Source of the DNA: Verrucomicrobiota bacterium
GTDB taxonomy: Bacteria; Verrucomicrobiota; Kiritimatiellia; CAIQIC01
Direction: 5' to 3'
Length of the DNA: 64,000 bases
Assembly: GCA_004321905.1 (NCBI GenBank)
Contig: SCQF01000014.1
Location: forward strand, 567-64,566
The stretch's first letter is position 1; each line of letters begins with the position of its first letter. Made by a program: the position numbers and the translations under genes. This document shows positions 52,729 through 63,786 of this stretch, piece after piece. The notes beneath the pieces are model-generated. The model did not search any database, had not been told where the DNA came from, and was given only the letters and a program-made list of their open reading frames with translations.

Positions 52729-53307
52729 ATGTCTGACCTAGTCTGTGTTCCCACCCGTTTCCCGGAAGTCAAAATTTTGCGCCCCAAAATGTGGCCCGAT
52801 GCGCGCGGTTTCTTTCGGGAGACATTCAACGCCGCCAAACTGGCGGAGGTCGGCATCCAGCGTACCTTTTGCCAAGACAATCATTCGCGGTCGGTGCGTG
52901 GCGTATTGCGCGGACTGCACTATCAGGTGCGCTATCCGCAGGCCAAACTGGTGACGGTGGTGCGTGGCACTATTTTTGATGTGGTTGTGGATATTCGACG
53001 CGGTTCGCCTGTGTTTGGACAGCACGAGAGCATCATGCTCTCCGATGAAAACCAACAGATGTTGTTTGTCCCCGAAGGCTTTGCCCATGGCTTTTGCGTA
53101 CTTAGCGATGTTGCTGATGTCCTCTACAAGTGTACTGATTACTACCATGCGGACGACGATGGCGGCCTTTTGTGGTCCGATCCCGGTCTTGGCATTTCTT
53201 GGCCGATAAAAAAACCTATTTTATCCGCCAAGGATCAAACCTATCTGCACCTCACGGGCATCGCCCAAGAAAAGTTGCCGTGTTATCAACCATCCGCTGG
53301 GGCCTGA
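52729..53307 (+). CDS. rfbC: dTDP-4-dehydrorhamnose 3,5-epimerase
   Basis: 192 aa. DARGFFRETF, RGLHYQ and FVPEGFAHGF motifs. Confidence 0.9.
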   Translation: MSDLVCVPTRFPEVKILRPKMWPDARGFFRETFNAAKLAEVGIQRTFCQDNHSRSVRGVLRGLHYQVRYPQAKLVTVVRGTIFDVVVDIRRGSPVFGQHESIMLSDENQQMLFVPEGFAHGFCVLSDVADVLYKCTDYYHADDDGGLLWSDPGLGISWPIKKPILSAKDQTYLHLTGIAQEKLPCYQPSAGA

Positions 53308-53312
53308 CGAGT

Positions 53313-54320
53313 ATGGCTGATTGCCACGTATCATTCGTGATTCCGGTGCTGAACTCGGAAAAGCTATTGACCGACTGCCTGCGCTCGATTCGTCGTCAAG
53401 ATGCGCCACACATCACCTATGAGATTCTCATTGCCGATGGTGGTTCGCACGATCGTTCGGTGGCGGTTGCCCAAGAATATGGTTGCCGGGTACTGGTCGC
53501 CACCGGTTTGATGGCGGAGGCGGCCAAACAAATGGCTTTTCGTGAAGCCCGCGGTGAATACATTGCCCTGCTCGACGCGGACAATGAAATCGCCGGCACG
53601 GATTGGCTCCGTGTGGCGCCGGCCGCGCTAGAGCGGCATCCCGACGCGTTGGGCTTTGAATCCTACTACGTCAAACATCCGCGCCATACGCACTTGAACT
53701 GTTACCTCACCGGTTGCCTGCAAATCAGCGATCCGTACGCCCGGTTCCTCGCCGGACGGGTACGCTTGGAAACGCGTGAACCCGACGGGACGGAGGTCTT
53801 TGAACTGCCCGCGGATGGTTCCTATCCCACCGGAGCCAATGGTTTTATCTTCCATCGCCACTTGCTGGAAAAGTTGCCATCAATACACGGCTATCATGAA
53901 GCGGTTTTTTTCCCACAGCTTATACGCACGGGCTTCCGCAAACTGTTAAAAAACCCGACCTGCGGCGTACATCATCATTATGTGACCACGTGGGGTGATT
54001 ATTTTCGCAAACGCCAACGCGCAATGGTCATCTATATGCTGCGCCGTGAAGAGACACCCGCCGCATGGGACGCCGGTGGACGAGGCGGGAGGCAATGGCT
54101 GGCCTTGGCATGGTTTGGCACGGTACTGGGGCCACTCTTGGCCGGCACATGGGAAGCTATTCGCCAGCATGATCCTGATTGGTTGCTGCATCCCTTGGCC
54201 GGCGCGGTTTCGACCATGGGCAACAGCCTCGGCATCTTGCGTTATAAACTCGGGACCGACCGCGCCCGCCGTATTGCGCTGACCCAAGCTCTACACAACA
54301 AAATGAACCCTCCGACCTGA
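53313..54320 (+). CDS. family 2 glycosyltransferase
   Basis: ORF trimmed to ATG 53313 (MADCHVSFVIPVLNSEKLL). ADGGSHDRS and LDADN motifs. Confidence 0.7.
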   Translation: MADCHVSFVIPVLNSEKLLTDCLRSIRRQDAPHITYEILIADGGSHDRSVAVAQEYGCRVLVATGLMAEAAKQMAFREARGEYIALLDADNEIAGTDWLRVAPAALERHPDALGFESYYVKHPRHTHLNCYLTGCLQISDPYARFLAGRVRLETREPDGTEVFELPADGSYPTGANGFIFHRHLLEKLPSIHGYHEAVFFPQLIRTGFRKLLKNPTCGVHHHYVTTWGDYFRKRQRAMVIYMLRREETPAAWDAGGRGGRQWLALAWFGTVLGPLLAGTWEAIRQHDPDWLLHPLAGAVSTMGNSLGILRYKLGTDRARRIALTQALHNKMNPPT

Positions 54321-54394
54321 TGTTTCCGCATTTGCCCGCCTCGACTTTAACCCGTCCCCTGTGCTATGGATAACTTCATCAATCGTGGAACAAT

Positions 54395-55348
54395 ATGAAC
54401 TGTTTTGTGACCGGCGGCGCGGGCTTTATTGGCAGCAACTTGGTGGATCGGTTGTTGGCGATGGGCCATGCCGTGATCGTCTTTGATAATCTTTCGACCG
54501 GGCGGCAAGAGTTTCTGGCTGGCGCTGAAAAAAACGCCAGCTTTCGCTTGGTTCAAGGCGATGTACAAGACATTGCCGCACTGCAGACCGCCATGCGCGG
54601 TTGCGATGTGGTGTTCCATCTCGCAGCCAATGCGGATGTCCGTTTTGGCACTCAACATCCGCGGAGGGATTTGGAGCAAAACACCATCGCCACCTTTAAT
54701 GTGCTGGAGGCGATGCGCAGCAACGGCATCCGCCGGATCGCGTTCTCCTCCACCGGCTCCGTTTATGGCGAAGCAAATGTTTTTCCAACCCCGGAGAACG
54801 CGCCATTCCCTGTGCAAACCTCGCTTTACGCTGCATCGAAACTTGCCGGTGAGGGTCTGCTGCAAGCCTATGTTGCCGGTTTTAATTTTCAGGTGTTCAT
54901 CTTTCGCTTTGTTTCCATTCTTGGCGAACGTTATTCACATGGCCATGTCTTCGATTTTTATAAGAAGCTGACGGCCAATCCGCATGAACTACCGGTGCTG
55001 GGTGACGGCCACCAGCGGAAATCCTATCTCTATATTCAGGATTGCTTGGATGCCATACTGCTGGCCTTGGAACGTTCGCAAGAGCGGGTGAATATTTTTA
55101 ACTTGGGGACAGATGAATATTGCGAAGTGAACAGTTCGATCGGCTGGATTTGCCGGCGGCTAGGGTTGAAACCGAAATTGGTTTACGCCGGCGGACAGCG
55201 TGGTTGGATCGGCGATAGTCCGTTTATCTTTCTCGACTGCCAAAAAATTCGCGCCTTGGGCTGGAAACCGAAATTGACCATTCAGGACGGCATCATTCGC
55301 ACCTTGGATTTCTTGCGAGCCAATCCGTGGGTTCTGGAACGGGCATGA
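54395..55348 (+). CDS. NAD-dependent nucleotide-sugar epimerase/dehydratase (extended SDR)
   Basis: 317 aa. VTGGAGFIGSNLVDRLL and YAASKLAGE motifs. Confidence 0.75.
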   Translation: MNCFVTGGAGFIGSNLVDRLLAMGHAVIVFDNLSTGRQEFLAGAEKNASFRLVQGDVQDIAALQTAMRGCDVVFHLAANADVRFGTQHPRRDLEQNTIATFNVLEAMRSNGIRRIAFSSTGSVYGEANVFPTPENAPFPVQTSLYAASKLAGEGLLQAYVAGFNFQVFIFRFVSILGERYSHGHVFDFYKKLTANPHELPVLGDGHQRKSYLYIQDCLDAILLALERSQERVNIFNLGTDEYCEVNSSIGWICRRLGLKPKLVYAGGQRGWIGDSPFIFLDCQKIRALGWKPKLTIQDGIIRTLDFLRANPWVLERA

Positions 55349-56220
55349 ACACTGGCCGACCATTGCAAAATTGCAACGCCATTATCACCGGCGCTTCGCG
55401 CGGTTTGGGTCGGGCCATCGCCGAGGCGTTCTGGCGTGAAGGCGCCAACCTCTTGCTCGTGGCTCGTTCCACAGCCAAGCTGGAGCAAGTGGCACACGCT
55501 CTGCCGACACAGACTGATCAGCACGTTCATGTTTTTGCAACAGACCTCGCCAACACTGATGCTCCGGCACAAATCGTGACGGCAGCGCGAAAGCATTTTG
55601 AACACCTCGACATTCTGGTGAATAACGCTGCGGTTCAAGAGCCGATCGGTTTGGCGTGGGGATGCGATACCGTCGCGTGGCAACAGGCGTTGCACGTAAA
55701 TCTGCTCGCGCCGGTCGCCTTGTGCCAAGCGGCGATGCCGTGGCTGGCCACCGCGCGGCGCGGAAAGATCGTCAACCTTTCCGGCGGTGGCGCGACGGGG
55801 CCCCGTCCAAATTTTTCGGCCTACGCCACGGCCAAGGCCGGCTTGGTGCGATTCAGCGAAACGCTGGCTGTCGAGGCGCAGCCGCTCAATGTGGACGTCA
55901 ATTGCATCGCGCCCGGCGCCATGGGTACCGACATGATGCGCGCGGTGCTCGCCGCCGGTCCCGAAAAAGCTGGCGCGCGCGAATATGAAAATGCGCAGAA
56001 GCTCTTGGCACAGCACGGCGGCGTGGAGCAACGCGCGGTGGACTTGGCGGTTTTTCTCGCCTCCGCCGCGAGTGATGGGCTGACGGGCAAACTGATCAGC
56101 GCGGTCTGGGATGCGTGGGAAAAAATCCCGGAACAGCTGGAAAAAGTACAGCAGAGCGACGTGTTTACGCTGCGGCGGATCACGCCGCGCGAGCGCGGTT
56201 TCCAAGGATTGGAAAAGTGA
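55345..56220 (+). CDS. short-chain dehydrogenase/reductase
   Basis: ORF trimmed to ATG 55345 (ATGA overlap). ITGASRGLGRAIA and YATAKAG motifs. The last residues, GFQGLEK, are encoded by a dyad core. Confidence 0.8.
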   Translation: MNTGRPLQNCNAIITGASRGLGRAIAEAFWREGANLLLVARSTAKLEQVAHALPTQTDQHVHVFATDLANTDAPAQIVTAARKHFEHLDILVNNAAVQEPIGLAWGCDTVAWQQALHVNLLAPVALCQAAMPWLATARRGKIVNLSGGGATGPRPNFSAYATAKAGLVRFSETLAVEAQPLNVDVNCIAPGAMGTDMMRAVLAAGPEKAGAREYENAQKLLAQHGGVEQRAVDLAVFLASAASDGLTGKLISAVWDAWEKIPEQLEKVQQSDVFTLRRITPRERGFQGLEK

Positions 56221-56246
56221 AACGATGGTTTTTCCAAGGGTTGGAA
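56200..56246. repeat. dyad doublet spanning a stop codon and ending 4 nt before the next start
   Basis: TTCCAAGGATTGGAA-N17-TTCCAAGGGTTGGAA. Confidence 0.9.
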
Positions 56247-56250
56247 AAAG

Positions 56251-57249
56251 ATGAGCGATGAAGTTCCAAACATTGGAATTGTTGGTTGTGGGCTGATCGG
56301 CAACAAGCGCGCGGCAGCGCTCGCCGGCGCAAAGCTCGTTGCCTGCGCCGATGTTGTCCGCGAGCGCGCCGAAACGCTGGCAAAAAAATCCCCCGGCGCG
56401 ACGGCGTTCAGCGATTGGCGCGAGTTGATCGTGCGCCGCGACGTGGACGTGGTCGTGGTGGCGACGACGAATGATTTGTTGGCGGAAATTTCCTGCGTCG
56501 CGCTGGAGGCCGGCAAGCACGTGCTGGTGGAAAAGCCGGCGGCGCGCAGCGTGGCGGAATTGGATCGCGTGATCGCGGCAGCACGGCGCGCGAAAAAACT
56601 GGTGCGCGTTGGCTTCAATCACCGCTATCATCCGGCGCTACGGAAGGCGCACGAGTTGTTCGAAAGCGGCGTATTGGGGCCGCTGATGTTCGTGCGCGGA
56701 CGCTATGGCCACGGCGGGCGGCTCGGTTATGAAAAGGAATGGCGCGCGAATCCGGTGCTGTCCGGTGGTGGGGAGTTGATGGACCAAGGCGTGCATCTGA
56801 TTGACTTGGCGCGCTGGTTTCTTGGCGAGTTTACCGGCGTTGCGGGGCATGCGGCGACGTATTTTTGGAAGATGCCGGTGGACGACAATGCGTTTCTGAC
56901 GCTGCGTACGACAGGCGGTCAGACCGCATTTTTGCACGTCAGTTGCACGGAGTGGAAGAATCTTTTTTCGCTGGAAATCTATGGGCGGGATGCGAAAGTG
57001 CACATCGAAGGTTTGGGCGGCAGTTATGGCATGGAGCGGCTGACCTACTATAAAATGCTGCCGCAGATGGGCCCGCCGGAGACAACGTGCTGGGAATATC
57101 CCGGCGCGGATGGTTCGTGGGCTGACGAATTCGCCGAATTTTGGGAAGACATTCGGTTGCACCGCGAGCCGTCTGCGGGATTGCCGGCGGCGCGCGCGGC
57201 GTTGCAGGTGGTCGAAAATATTTACGCCCAGTCGAGGAGTCGCACATGA
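56251..57249 (+). CDS. Gfo/Idh/MocA-family sugar dehydrogenase (cytoplasmic)
   Basis: 332 aa. IGIVGCGLIGNKRA Rossmann motif and EKP motif. No signal peptide. Confidence 0.8.
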   Translation: MSDEVPNIGIVGCGLIGNKRAAALAGAKLVACADVVRERAETLAKKSPGATAFSDWRELIVRRDVDVVVVATTNDLLAEISCVALEAGKHVLVEKPAARSVAELDRVIAAARRAKKLVRVGFNHRYHPALRKAHELFESGVLGPLMFVRGRYGHGGRLGYEKEWRANPVLSGGGELMDQGVHLIDLARWFLGEFTGVAGHAATYFWKMPVDDNAFLTLRTTGGQTAFLHVSCTEWKNLFSLEIYGRDAKVHIEGLGGSYGMERLTYYKMLPQMGPPETTCWEYPGADGSWADEFAEFWEDIRLHREPSAGLPAARAALQVVENIYAQSRSRT

Positions 57250-57863
57250 GTTTGAGTTTTACACAGCAATATCTCGCAGAAGCCGCCGAAGTCATTCGGC
57301 GATTGGACGCGCAGGCCATCGAGAAAACCGTCGCGGTGCTCGCGGATGTGCGTGCGCGCGGCGGGCGGGTGTTCTTTTTGGGCGTCGGCGGCAGCGCAGC
57401 AAATTGTTCGCATGCGGTGAACGATTTTCGTAAGCTTTGTGGCATCGAGGCCTATGCGCCGACCGACAATGTTTCCGAGCTGACGGCGCGCATCAATGAC
57501 GATGGCTGGGCGGGCGTCTTCGCTGAATGGCTTAAGGCCAGCCGGCTACGTCACGAGGATGCTCTATTCATCATGTCGGTGGGTGGCGGTGACTTGGAAA
57601 AAAACGTCAGTCCGAATTTGGTCGAGGCGATCAAGCTGGCCAAACAGGTCGGCGCAGCGGTGGTTGGCATCGTGGGACGTGACGGCGGTTATACAGCGCG
57701 TATGGCGGACGCCTGCGTGATTGTGCCCACGGTTACGCCAGCAGCGATCACGCCGCACACGGAAGCATTTCAGGCGGTGGTTTGGCACTTGATGGTGTCG
57801 CATCCCGCGCTCAAGCGCCAGGAGACCAAGTGGGAAGCCGTCAGTAAATCCGTTCCAAAATGA
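57246..57863 (+). CDS. SIS-domain sugar-phosphate isomerase (GmhA-like)
   Basis: ORF trimmed to ATG 57246 (ATGA overlap). FFLGVGGSAANCSHAVNDF motif. Confidence 0.6.
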   Translation: MSLSFTQQYLAEAAEVIRRLDAQAIEKTVAVLADVRARGGRVFFLGVGGSAANCSHAVNDFRKLCGIEAYAPTDNVSELTARINDDGWAGVFAEWLKASRLRHEDALFIMSVGGGDLEKNVSPNLVEAIKLAKQVGAAVVGIVGRDGGYTARMADACVIVPTVTPAAITPHTEAFQAVVWHLMVSHPALKRQETKWEAVSKSVPK

Positions 57864-57870
57864 AAACGTC

Positions 57871-58602
57871 ATGAGCACCAACGTTAAAAATATATTGGCT
57901 GGTTTGCGGATCAAAATTTTCTCCGATGGTGCAGACCTTGATTCGATCAGCGAGGCCTATCAACAAAAGCTGGTTAAAGGATTCACGACCAATCCGACGT
58001 TGATGGCACGAGCGGGCGTGACCAACTATCTGACATTTGCCAAAGAAGTGTTGCGGATTGTCCCCGATCTGCCGGTCTCATTCGAAGTGTTTTCCGATGA
58101 TTTTGTGGAGATGCGCCGTCAAGCCCTGCTGCTCGCCGACTTGGCGCAGAATGTGTATGTGAAAATTCCCATCACCAACACGCGCCGGGGATCTGCCTGT
58201 GCCTTGATTCATGAGCTGTCGCATCGTGGGATCAAGCTGAACATCACCGCGATGATGACCTTGCCGCAAGTGCGCGACGTAGCGGCGGCGTTGCATCCCG
58301 ACTCCTCGGCTTTTATCTCGGTGTTTGCCGGCCGCATCGCTGATGCGGGGCTTGATCCGTTGCCGGTTATGCGGGAGGCACTGGAAATTCTCAAGCCGCT
58401 GCCCAAAGCGGAACTGCTCTGGGCCAGTCCGCGGGAAGCGCTGAACATCATTCAGGCCGAACAGATGGGCTGCCACATCATCACCGTCACGCCCGATCTA
58501 TTGGCAAAGGCCAAGAACTTCGGCAAAGATTTGAATGACTTTTCGCTGGAGACGGTGAAGATGTTTTATAACGATTCCGTGAAGAGCGGGTTTAGTTTGT
58601 GA
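57871..58602 (+). CDS. transaldolase / fructose-6-phosphate aldolase family protein
   Basis: 243 aa. GFTTNPTL, YVKIPIT (Schiff-base Lys) and SVFAGRIAD motifs. Confidence 0.7.
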   Translation: MSTNVKNILAGLRIKIFSDGADLDSISEAYQQKLVKGFTTNPTLMARAGVTNYLTFAKEVLRIVPDLPVSFEVFSDDFVEMRRQALLLADLAQNVYVKIPITNTRRGSACALIHELSHRGIKLNITAMMTLPQVRDVAAALHPDSSAFISVFAGRIADAGLDPLPVMREALEILKPLPKAELLWASPREALNIIQAEQMGCHIITVTPDLLAKAKNFGKDLNDFSLETVKMFYNDSVKSGFSL

Positions 58603-58615
58603 GGGAAGAAACAAC

Positions 58616-59644
58616 ATGATTATCACGCGCACTCCTTTCCGCATCACACTGGGCGGTGGCGGTACCGACCTGCCTTCCTTTTATCAGGAGCATGGCGGCT
58701 TTGTTTTTGCGATGACGATCAACAAGTACATGTATCTGATGTTGCACCGGCTGCCGGTGACCGAACGCAAAACCATCGTCCGCTATACGCAGGTGGAATA
58801 CGTCAATGCACCCGAGGAAATTCAGCATCCGTTGGCCCGTGAAGCGCTGAAGCTGCACAACGTGCGCGAATATGTCGAACTGGCGAGCATGGCAGATTTG
58901 CCGGCGAAGACGGGTTTGGGCTCTTCCGGCGCTTATCTGGTCGGCTTGTTGACCGCGATTCGCGCCTATCAGCGCAAGCCGCTGGATGTGGCGCAGATTG
59001 CCGAAGAAGCCTGTCACATTGAGATGGACATCCTCAAGGAACCGGTGGGCAAGCAAGATCAATATATGGCCGCCTACGGAGGTTTCCAAACCTTGGAAAT
59101 CACGCGCGATGGGCGCGTGACGGTCAGCGCCGTGCCGGTGGATTTCACCACCGCCACCGAGCTTTCGCATAAAGCACGCATTTACTACACCGGTATTCAG
59201 CGCTCCGCCACCAGCGTGCTGAAAAACCAGGATACCGCCTCGCGCGACAAGCGCAGCCCAGAACATAACCGCGTGGTGGAGTCTTTGTGCCAAATCAAAG
59301 AAATCGGCCAGCAGATCAAACAGGCATTTTTGAAACACGACCTCGATACCTTTGGACGTTTGATGGACAAACACTGGCAAGCCAAACAAAAACTGTCCAA
59401 GAACGTCAGCTTGAACTTTCTCGATGAACTTTATGCGCGCGTGAAGAAGGAATTTGATGTTTTGGGTGGGAAGGTCATTGGTGCCGGCGGCGGTGGCTTC
59501 TTAATGCTCTACACCCCCCAACGCGTTCGCGAGTTAGACGCTTTTATGGTCCAGCAAGGGCTGCCACCGGTAAGCTATTTTCCGGCCATGCAGGGCGCGC
59601 ATGTGGTTAGCGATTTGACGGTTTCCGACGAGTTTGCTTCCTAA
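58616..59644 (+). CDS. GHMP sugar kinase (D-glycero-D-manno-heptose 7-phosphate kinase, HddA-like)
   Basis: 342 aa. MIITRTPFRITLGGGGTDL, GLGSSGA and GKQDQY motifs. Confidence 0.65.
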   Translation: MIITRTPFRITLGGGGTDLPSFYQEHGGFVFAMTINKYMYLMLHRLPVTERKTIVRYTQVEYVNAPEEIQHPLAREALKLHNVREYVELASMADLPAKTGLGSSGAYLVGLLTAIRAYQRKPLDVAQIAEEACHIEMDILKEPVGKQDQYMAAYGGFQTLEITRDGRVTVSAVPVDFTTATELSHKARIYYTGIQRSATSVLKNQDTASRDKRSPEHNRVVESLCQIKEIGQQIKQAFLKHDLDTFGRLMDKHWQAKQKLSKNVSLNFLDELYARVKKEFDVLGGKVIGAGGGGFLMLYTPQRVRELDAFMVQQGLPPVSYFPAMQGAHVVSDLTVSDEFAS

Positions 59645-59654
59645 AATCTATAGC

Positions 59655-60977
59655 ATGATGCAAGTAGTCATTTTAGCGGGCGGGGTGGGCACACGCATTC
59701 AAGCGATGGCTGGAGGCTTGCCCAAGGCATTGATACCGGTGGCAAGACGCCCCTTCATCGAGCACCAGTTTACGCTACTAGCTAAAAATCAAATTCGCGA
59801 TGTGGTGCTCTGTGTTGGCCATCTGGGCCACCTCATCGAAAAGCATGTGGGAGATGGGTCTCGCTGGGGATTACGCGTGCAATATGCCCGCGAAAATCCG
59901 TCCGCATTATTGGGCACGGGTGGGGCCTTGGTGAATGCGCTCCCGTTGTTGCAGGACAAATTCATGGTCATGTATGGCGATTCCTATCTGCCCATTGATT
60001 ATGCAGCTTTTGTCCGTGCGTTCGAGCAGGGCCATTGCCCGGCTATGATGTCGGTCTATCGCAATGCCGAGCAATGGGATCACAGCAACACCCGCGTGGC
60101 AGAAGGACACGTGGTATTCTATGACAAGAAAGCCACAGCTGGAACCGCCAAATTTATTGATTATGGCCTGACGGCCTTCCGTCGCGATCTGATTCAACGC
60201 TACATTGGGTATCCTGTGCCGCTCGATATGGCCATCATTCTGCAAGATCTGGTCAAAGCTCATGCATTGGCTGCTTGGGAGGCCCCGACGCGATTCTATG
60301 AAATCGGCAAGCCGGAAGGGTTACGTGAATTGGAGACATTTTTGAACAGGATGGATCATGCCGATACAACGCGACATCCAGCCATCTTTCTCGACCGCGA
60401 TGGCACCATCAACGAAATGGTGTATGACGAAACACACGGCTTACTTGATTCGCCACGTCGTCCTGAACAGGTTGTCTTGATCCCCGGTGCGGCGGAATTC
60501 ATGTGCCATGTGCGAAGGTTGGGTTATAGGATTGTCGTCGTGACCAACCAACCCGGAATTGCGAAAGGCACATTGACCCTCGCAGAGCTAGAGGCGGTCA
60601 ATCAGCGCCTGGCCGAACTGCTGGCGACCGAAGGTGCCCAGTGGGATGCTTTGTATTTTTGTCCACACCATCCACAGGGCTGGCCGGGATTTTCATCGCC
60701 ATATGTGAGAAATTGCGACTGTCGCAAACCCAAGCCGGGACTCTTACTCCGCGCAACCCATGAGCATGATCTTGATTTAACAAAAAGTTGGATGATCGGG
60801 GATGGCAGCAACGACATCGAAGCTGGAAATGCAGCAAAGTGCCAAACCATGTTGATCACCAAGTTAAAAATCGAACAAATTGAAAGATTTTATACTCTGG
60901 AGAGTGCCGTACCAACGGTGATTGCCACGAACTTCACAGAAGCGACTAGTATCATTTTAAGCGCGCAACCCCTTTAG
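59655..60977 (+). CDS. fusion protein: sugar-1-phosphate nucleotidyltransferase (HddC-like) plus HAD heptose-bisphosphate phosphatase (GmhB-like)
   Basis: N-terminal half VVILAGGVGTRI...LPKALIPV. C-terminal half FLDRDGTIN, VVTNQPGIAKG, CDCRKPKPG, MIGDGSNDIEAG. Confidence 0.65.
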   Translation: MMQVVILAGGVGTRIQAMAGGLPKALIPVARRPFIEHQFTLLAKNQIRDVVLCVGHLGHLIEKHVGDGSRWGLRVQYARENPSALLGTGGALVNALPLLQDKFMVMYGDSYLPIDYAAFVRAFEQGHCPAMMSVYRNAEQWDHSNTRVAEGHVVFYDKKATAGTAKFIDYGLTAFRRDLIQRYIGYPVPLDMAIILQDLVKAHALAAWEAPTRFYEIGKPEGLRELETFLNRMDHADTTRHPAIFLDRDGTINEMVYDETHGLLDSPRRPEQVVLIPGAAEFMCHVRRLGYRIVVVTNQPGIAKGTLTLAELEAVNQRLAELLATEGAQWDALYFCPHHPQGWPGFSSPYVRNCDCRKPKPGLLLRATHEHDLDLTKSWMIGDGSNDIEAGNAAKCQTMLITKLKIEQIERFYTLESAVPTVIATNFTEATSIILSAQPL

Positions 60978-61021
60978 ATATCTGAAAATATTTCCACTTT
61001 GTAGAACGGTCAACAGATGTG

Positions 61022-61767
61022 ATGAAAGCAATGATTTTAGCCGCAGGAAAAGGAACGCGCTTATATCCGCTGACTTCGGCCTTACCCAAGCCCATGTTAC
61101 CAATAGCCGGCGAACCGGTATTGCACCACATCTTACGTTGGTTACGTCGGTACGGAATTCAGCAGGTGGCGATCAACTTGCACCACCACGCAGACGCCAT
61201 CCGGCAGGATCTTGGGACCGGAAAATGCTTCGGGGTACAAATTCGTTATTCAGAAGAAAAGCACCCCTTAGGAACAGCCGGGGGCGTGAAGCGTATCGCG
61301 GATTTCTTCGATGATTCGTTGCTTGTGATTTATGGTGACGTGTTGACTGACCTTGATCTGGGTGTGCTTGTGGCTTTTCATCGAGCACAAGGCGACGGCT
61401 TGTCCCACGCAACGCTAACACTTGATCGCCGTCCTGATGCGGCACAATGTGGCATGGTTGAATTGCGGACTGACGACCGCATTGTTCGCTTCGCCGAGAA
61501 ACCAAATACCACCGAGATTCGGTCACCCTGGGTAAATTCCGGCATCATGGTGCTCGACCGTGCGCTTTTGGATTTATTACCCAGTGACCAGCCATATGAT
61601 TTTGGCCGGGAAGCGTTCCCCGCATGGCTCACGCGTGGGATTCCCCTGTTCGGATGGCGACTCCCCGACTCGGCATACTTGATTGACATGGGCACCCCGG
61701 AAAAATACGCTCAAGCCAATCGCGACTGGCCGGAGCGACTCCAAAGAATTTCGGGTGGTAAAAATTA

Positions 61768-61768
<1 letters not shown>
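61022..61768 (+). CDS. sugar-1-phosphate nucleotidyltransferase
   Basis: MKAMILAAGKGTRLYPLTSALPKPMLPI. GTG 61019 is also a possible start. Confidence 0.75.
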
Positions 61769-62744
<976 letters not shown>

Positions 62745-62748
<4 letters not shown>

Positions 62749-63725
62749 TTATCACCCGCACCCCATTGCGTGTCAGCTTTGCTGGTGGTGGAACCGACTT
62801 ACGCGCATTCTATGGGCGAGAACGCGGCGCAGTGTTAAGCACAGCAATCAATAAGTACATTTATATCACCGTCAACCGGAAGTTCGATCAGAAAGTGCGC
62901 GCCAGTTATTCCGTGACGGAGATCGTGGAACGCGCGGACGATCTCAAACACGAACTAATCCGTGAAGCTCTCAAACTGGTCGGCCTTTCCGGTGGCGTCG
63001 AGATCACTTCTATCTCTGATGTGCCATCACAAGGCACCGGCTTGGGGTCTTCAAGTAGTTACACCGTCGGCCTGCTCAACGCACTCTACGCCTTCACGGG
63101 CCAACTGGTCAGCGCTGAACGGCTCGCGCGCGAAGCCTGCCAAATCGAAATCGAAATTTGCGGCAAACCCATCGGTAAGCAGGATCAATATATTGCCGCC
63201 TATGGCGGCTTGCAGCATATCCAGTTCAATTCGGATGAATCCGTTTTTGTGGATCCCATTCCGGCCGGTGGCGAGATACGGACCCAACTCCAACAAAATC
63301 TGTTGATGCTATACACCGGCGTCACCCGCTCAGCCAATGACGTTTTGGGCGAACAACGGAAGAACACCGAGCAAAATGGCGCGGCCATGGCCGGTTTGCG
63401 CCAAATGTGCACGCTGGCCGATCAACTCCGCGCCGCGCTTTGCGCCGGCCAACTCGATGGCTTTGGCGAAATACTGCATACTGGCTGGATGCTCAAACGC
63501 ACGCTGGCCACCGGTATCAGTAACCCCGCCATTGATGGTTGGTACGACACCGCGCGCCGCCATGGTGCGTTGGGCGGAAAATTACTCGGGGCGGGCGGCG
63601 GCGGCTTCCTGCTACTCTACGCGCATCCCGACCGACAAGCCGCCATTTGTCGGGCACTATCAGATCTGCGCCCCATACCGTTCTGCTTTGAACCGCAGGG
63701 TAGTAAAATCATTTTCATCGAGTAA
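62745..63725 (+). CDS. GHMP sugar kinase (HddA-like, second copy)
   Basis: ORF trimmed to ATG 62745 (ATGA overlap). MIITRTPLRVSFAGGGTDL, GLGSSSS and GKQDQY motifs. Confidence 0.65.
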
Positions 63726-63727
63726 CT

Positions 63728-63774
63728 TTCCAAGCATTGGAAGTAGCACCGGCGGGCCTTTCCAAACCTTGGAA
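63728..63774. repeat. dyad doublet
   Basis: TTCCAAGCATTGGAA-N17-TTCCAAACCTTGGAA. Begins 2 nt after a stop and ends 12 nt before the next start. Confidence 0.9.
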
Positions 63775-63786
63775 ACAAAGGGAAAC

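Noticed and set aside
54395-55348. Possible missing rfbB (dTDP-glucose 4,6-dehydratase).
   Set aside because: The N-terminal and YxxxK context looks like a generic UDP-sugar epimerase/decarboxylase-type SDR. The gene is separated from rfbDAC by a glycosyltransferase. I cannot support an RfbB call without a search.
59084-59098. A perfect dyad core (TTCCAAACCTTGGAA) inside the first HddA-like kinase gene, read as GGFQTLEI.
   Set aside because: The paralogue at 62745..63725 has GGLQHIQF at the same position with no length difference, so this is not an insertion. There is no partner core at +/-32 bp. It is probably a chance match or codon-level convergence in the conserved GKQDQY..GG motif region.
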